In this document: in pieces, positions 63,501 to 64,000 of the stretch
Layout: every line of letters starts with the position of its first letter
Position numbering within the stretch: position 1 is the stretch's first letter
Assembly: GCA_036172245.1 (NCBI GenBank)
Contig: JAYWIR010000032.1
Span: 1,178,001-1,242,000 of the forward strand
Reading direction: 5' to 3'
Length of the DNA stretch: 64,000 bases
From: Raillietiella orientalis
Lineage: Eukaryota
The notes under the pieces: generated by a model
What the model saw: the letters and a program-made list of their open reading frames with translations, nothing else
What the model was told of the DNA's origin: nothing
The model's database searches: none
Position numbers and translations under genes: made by a program

Positions 63501-64000
63501 CGCACCCAGTGGAGACCCGCATCACGTGCTGCACGTCGTGCCGCCACTTTCCCGCGCGTGCTCACGCGCGGGAGGAGGGCGACGACGTGACGCAATGCCC
63601 CGCAGGAGGAGTCAACCGGCTGAGGACAGTACATGGGCGCACCGGAGGGCGTGTGGGCATGCGAAGCGAACGAAACGGGAGAGAACGGGTGCGTCATGCC
63701 CCGCAATCCTGGCAGGAGGGAACCTCCGTTCGCAGCCCGCCCGGATCGACGGGAAAGAAAAAGTCCCGGTTCCCATCGGACTTTCCACGGACGCGTCGCT
63801 TCCTCCAGAAAAAGCATCTTGCAGGCCCCTGCAAAGACGAGCACGAGACACGCAAGCACGCGGAAAGCAGATCCAGCATCACGCAAGGGCACAGCAGGCA
63901 CGGACGCCGCGGCCGCAGCGAGTGGAAACCACACGCAGCCTCGTCGTCACGGCATCGATCCGCCCGCTCTCCCTGGAGACGACTCGGAAGAGGCCTTAGA

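Noticed and set aside
55900..64000. Autonomous transposon or additional gene (ORFs 61712-63154, 63178-63999)
   Set aside because: No reverse transcriptase, integrase, transposase or other recognisable motif; probably AMPD 5' intron or intergenic DNA.

Overview
This is animal genomic DNA, probably from an invertebrate (an arthropod is my guess). I found no prokaryotic operons, CRISPR arrays or rRNA. Four spliced protein-coding genes could be rebuilt by hand with GT-AG introns and consistent phases. (1) A peptidase S28 family serine carboxypeptidase (+, 5065-12521), whose catalytic-His exon lies 5.7 kb downstream inside a GC-rich domain. (2) A ZNF423/ZNF521/Oaz-like multi-C2H2 zinc-finger gene (+, 12989-44529), with a distal first exon carrying a NuRD-type motif, a ~27.5 kb first-intron region containing a candidate recursive-splice exon, and a proximal alternative first exon. 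(3) An ABHD12-like lipase (+, 48041-52367). (4) AMP deaminase (-, 55847-52436), convergent with ABHD12 and almost abutting it. The enzyme genes are more AT-rich (S28 and ABHD12 also CpG-poor) and full of 39-64 nt introns. The zinc-finger locus sits in a ~37 kb GC/CpG-rich domain with dispersed GA/CT-rich repeats. Most long ORFs in the supplied track look like GC-content artefacts. All exon models are sequence-only predictions, and family assignments come from motif recognition, not a database search.
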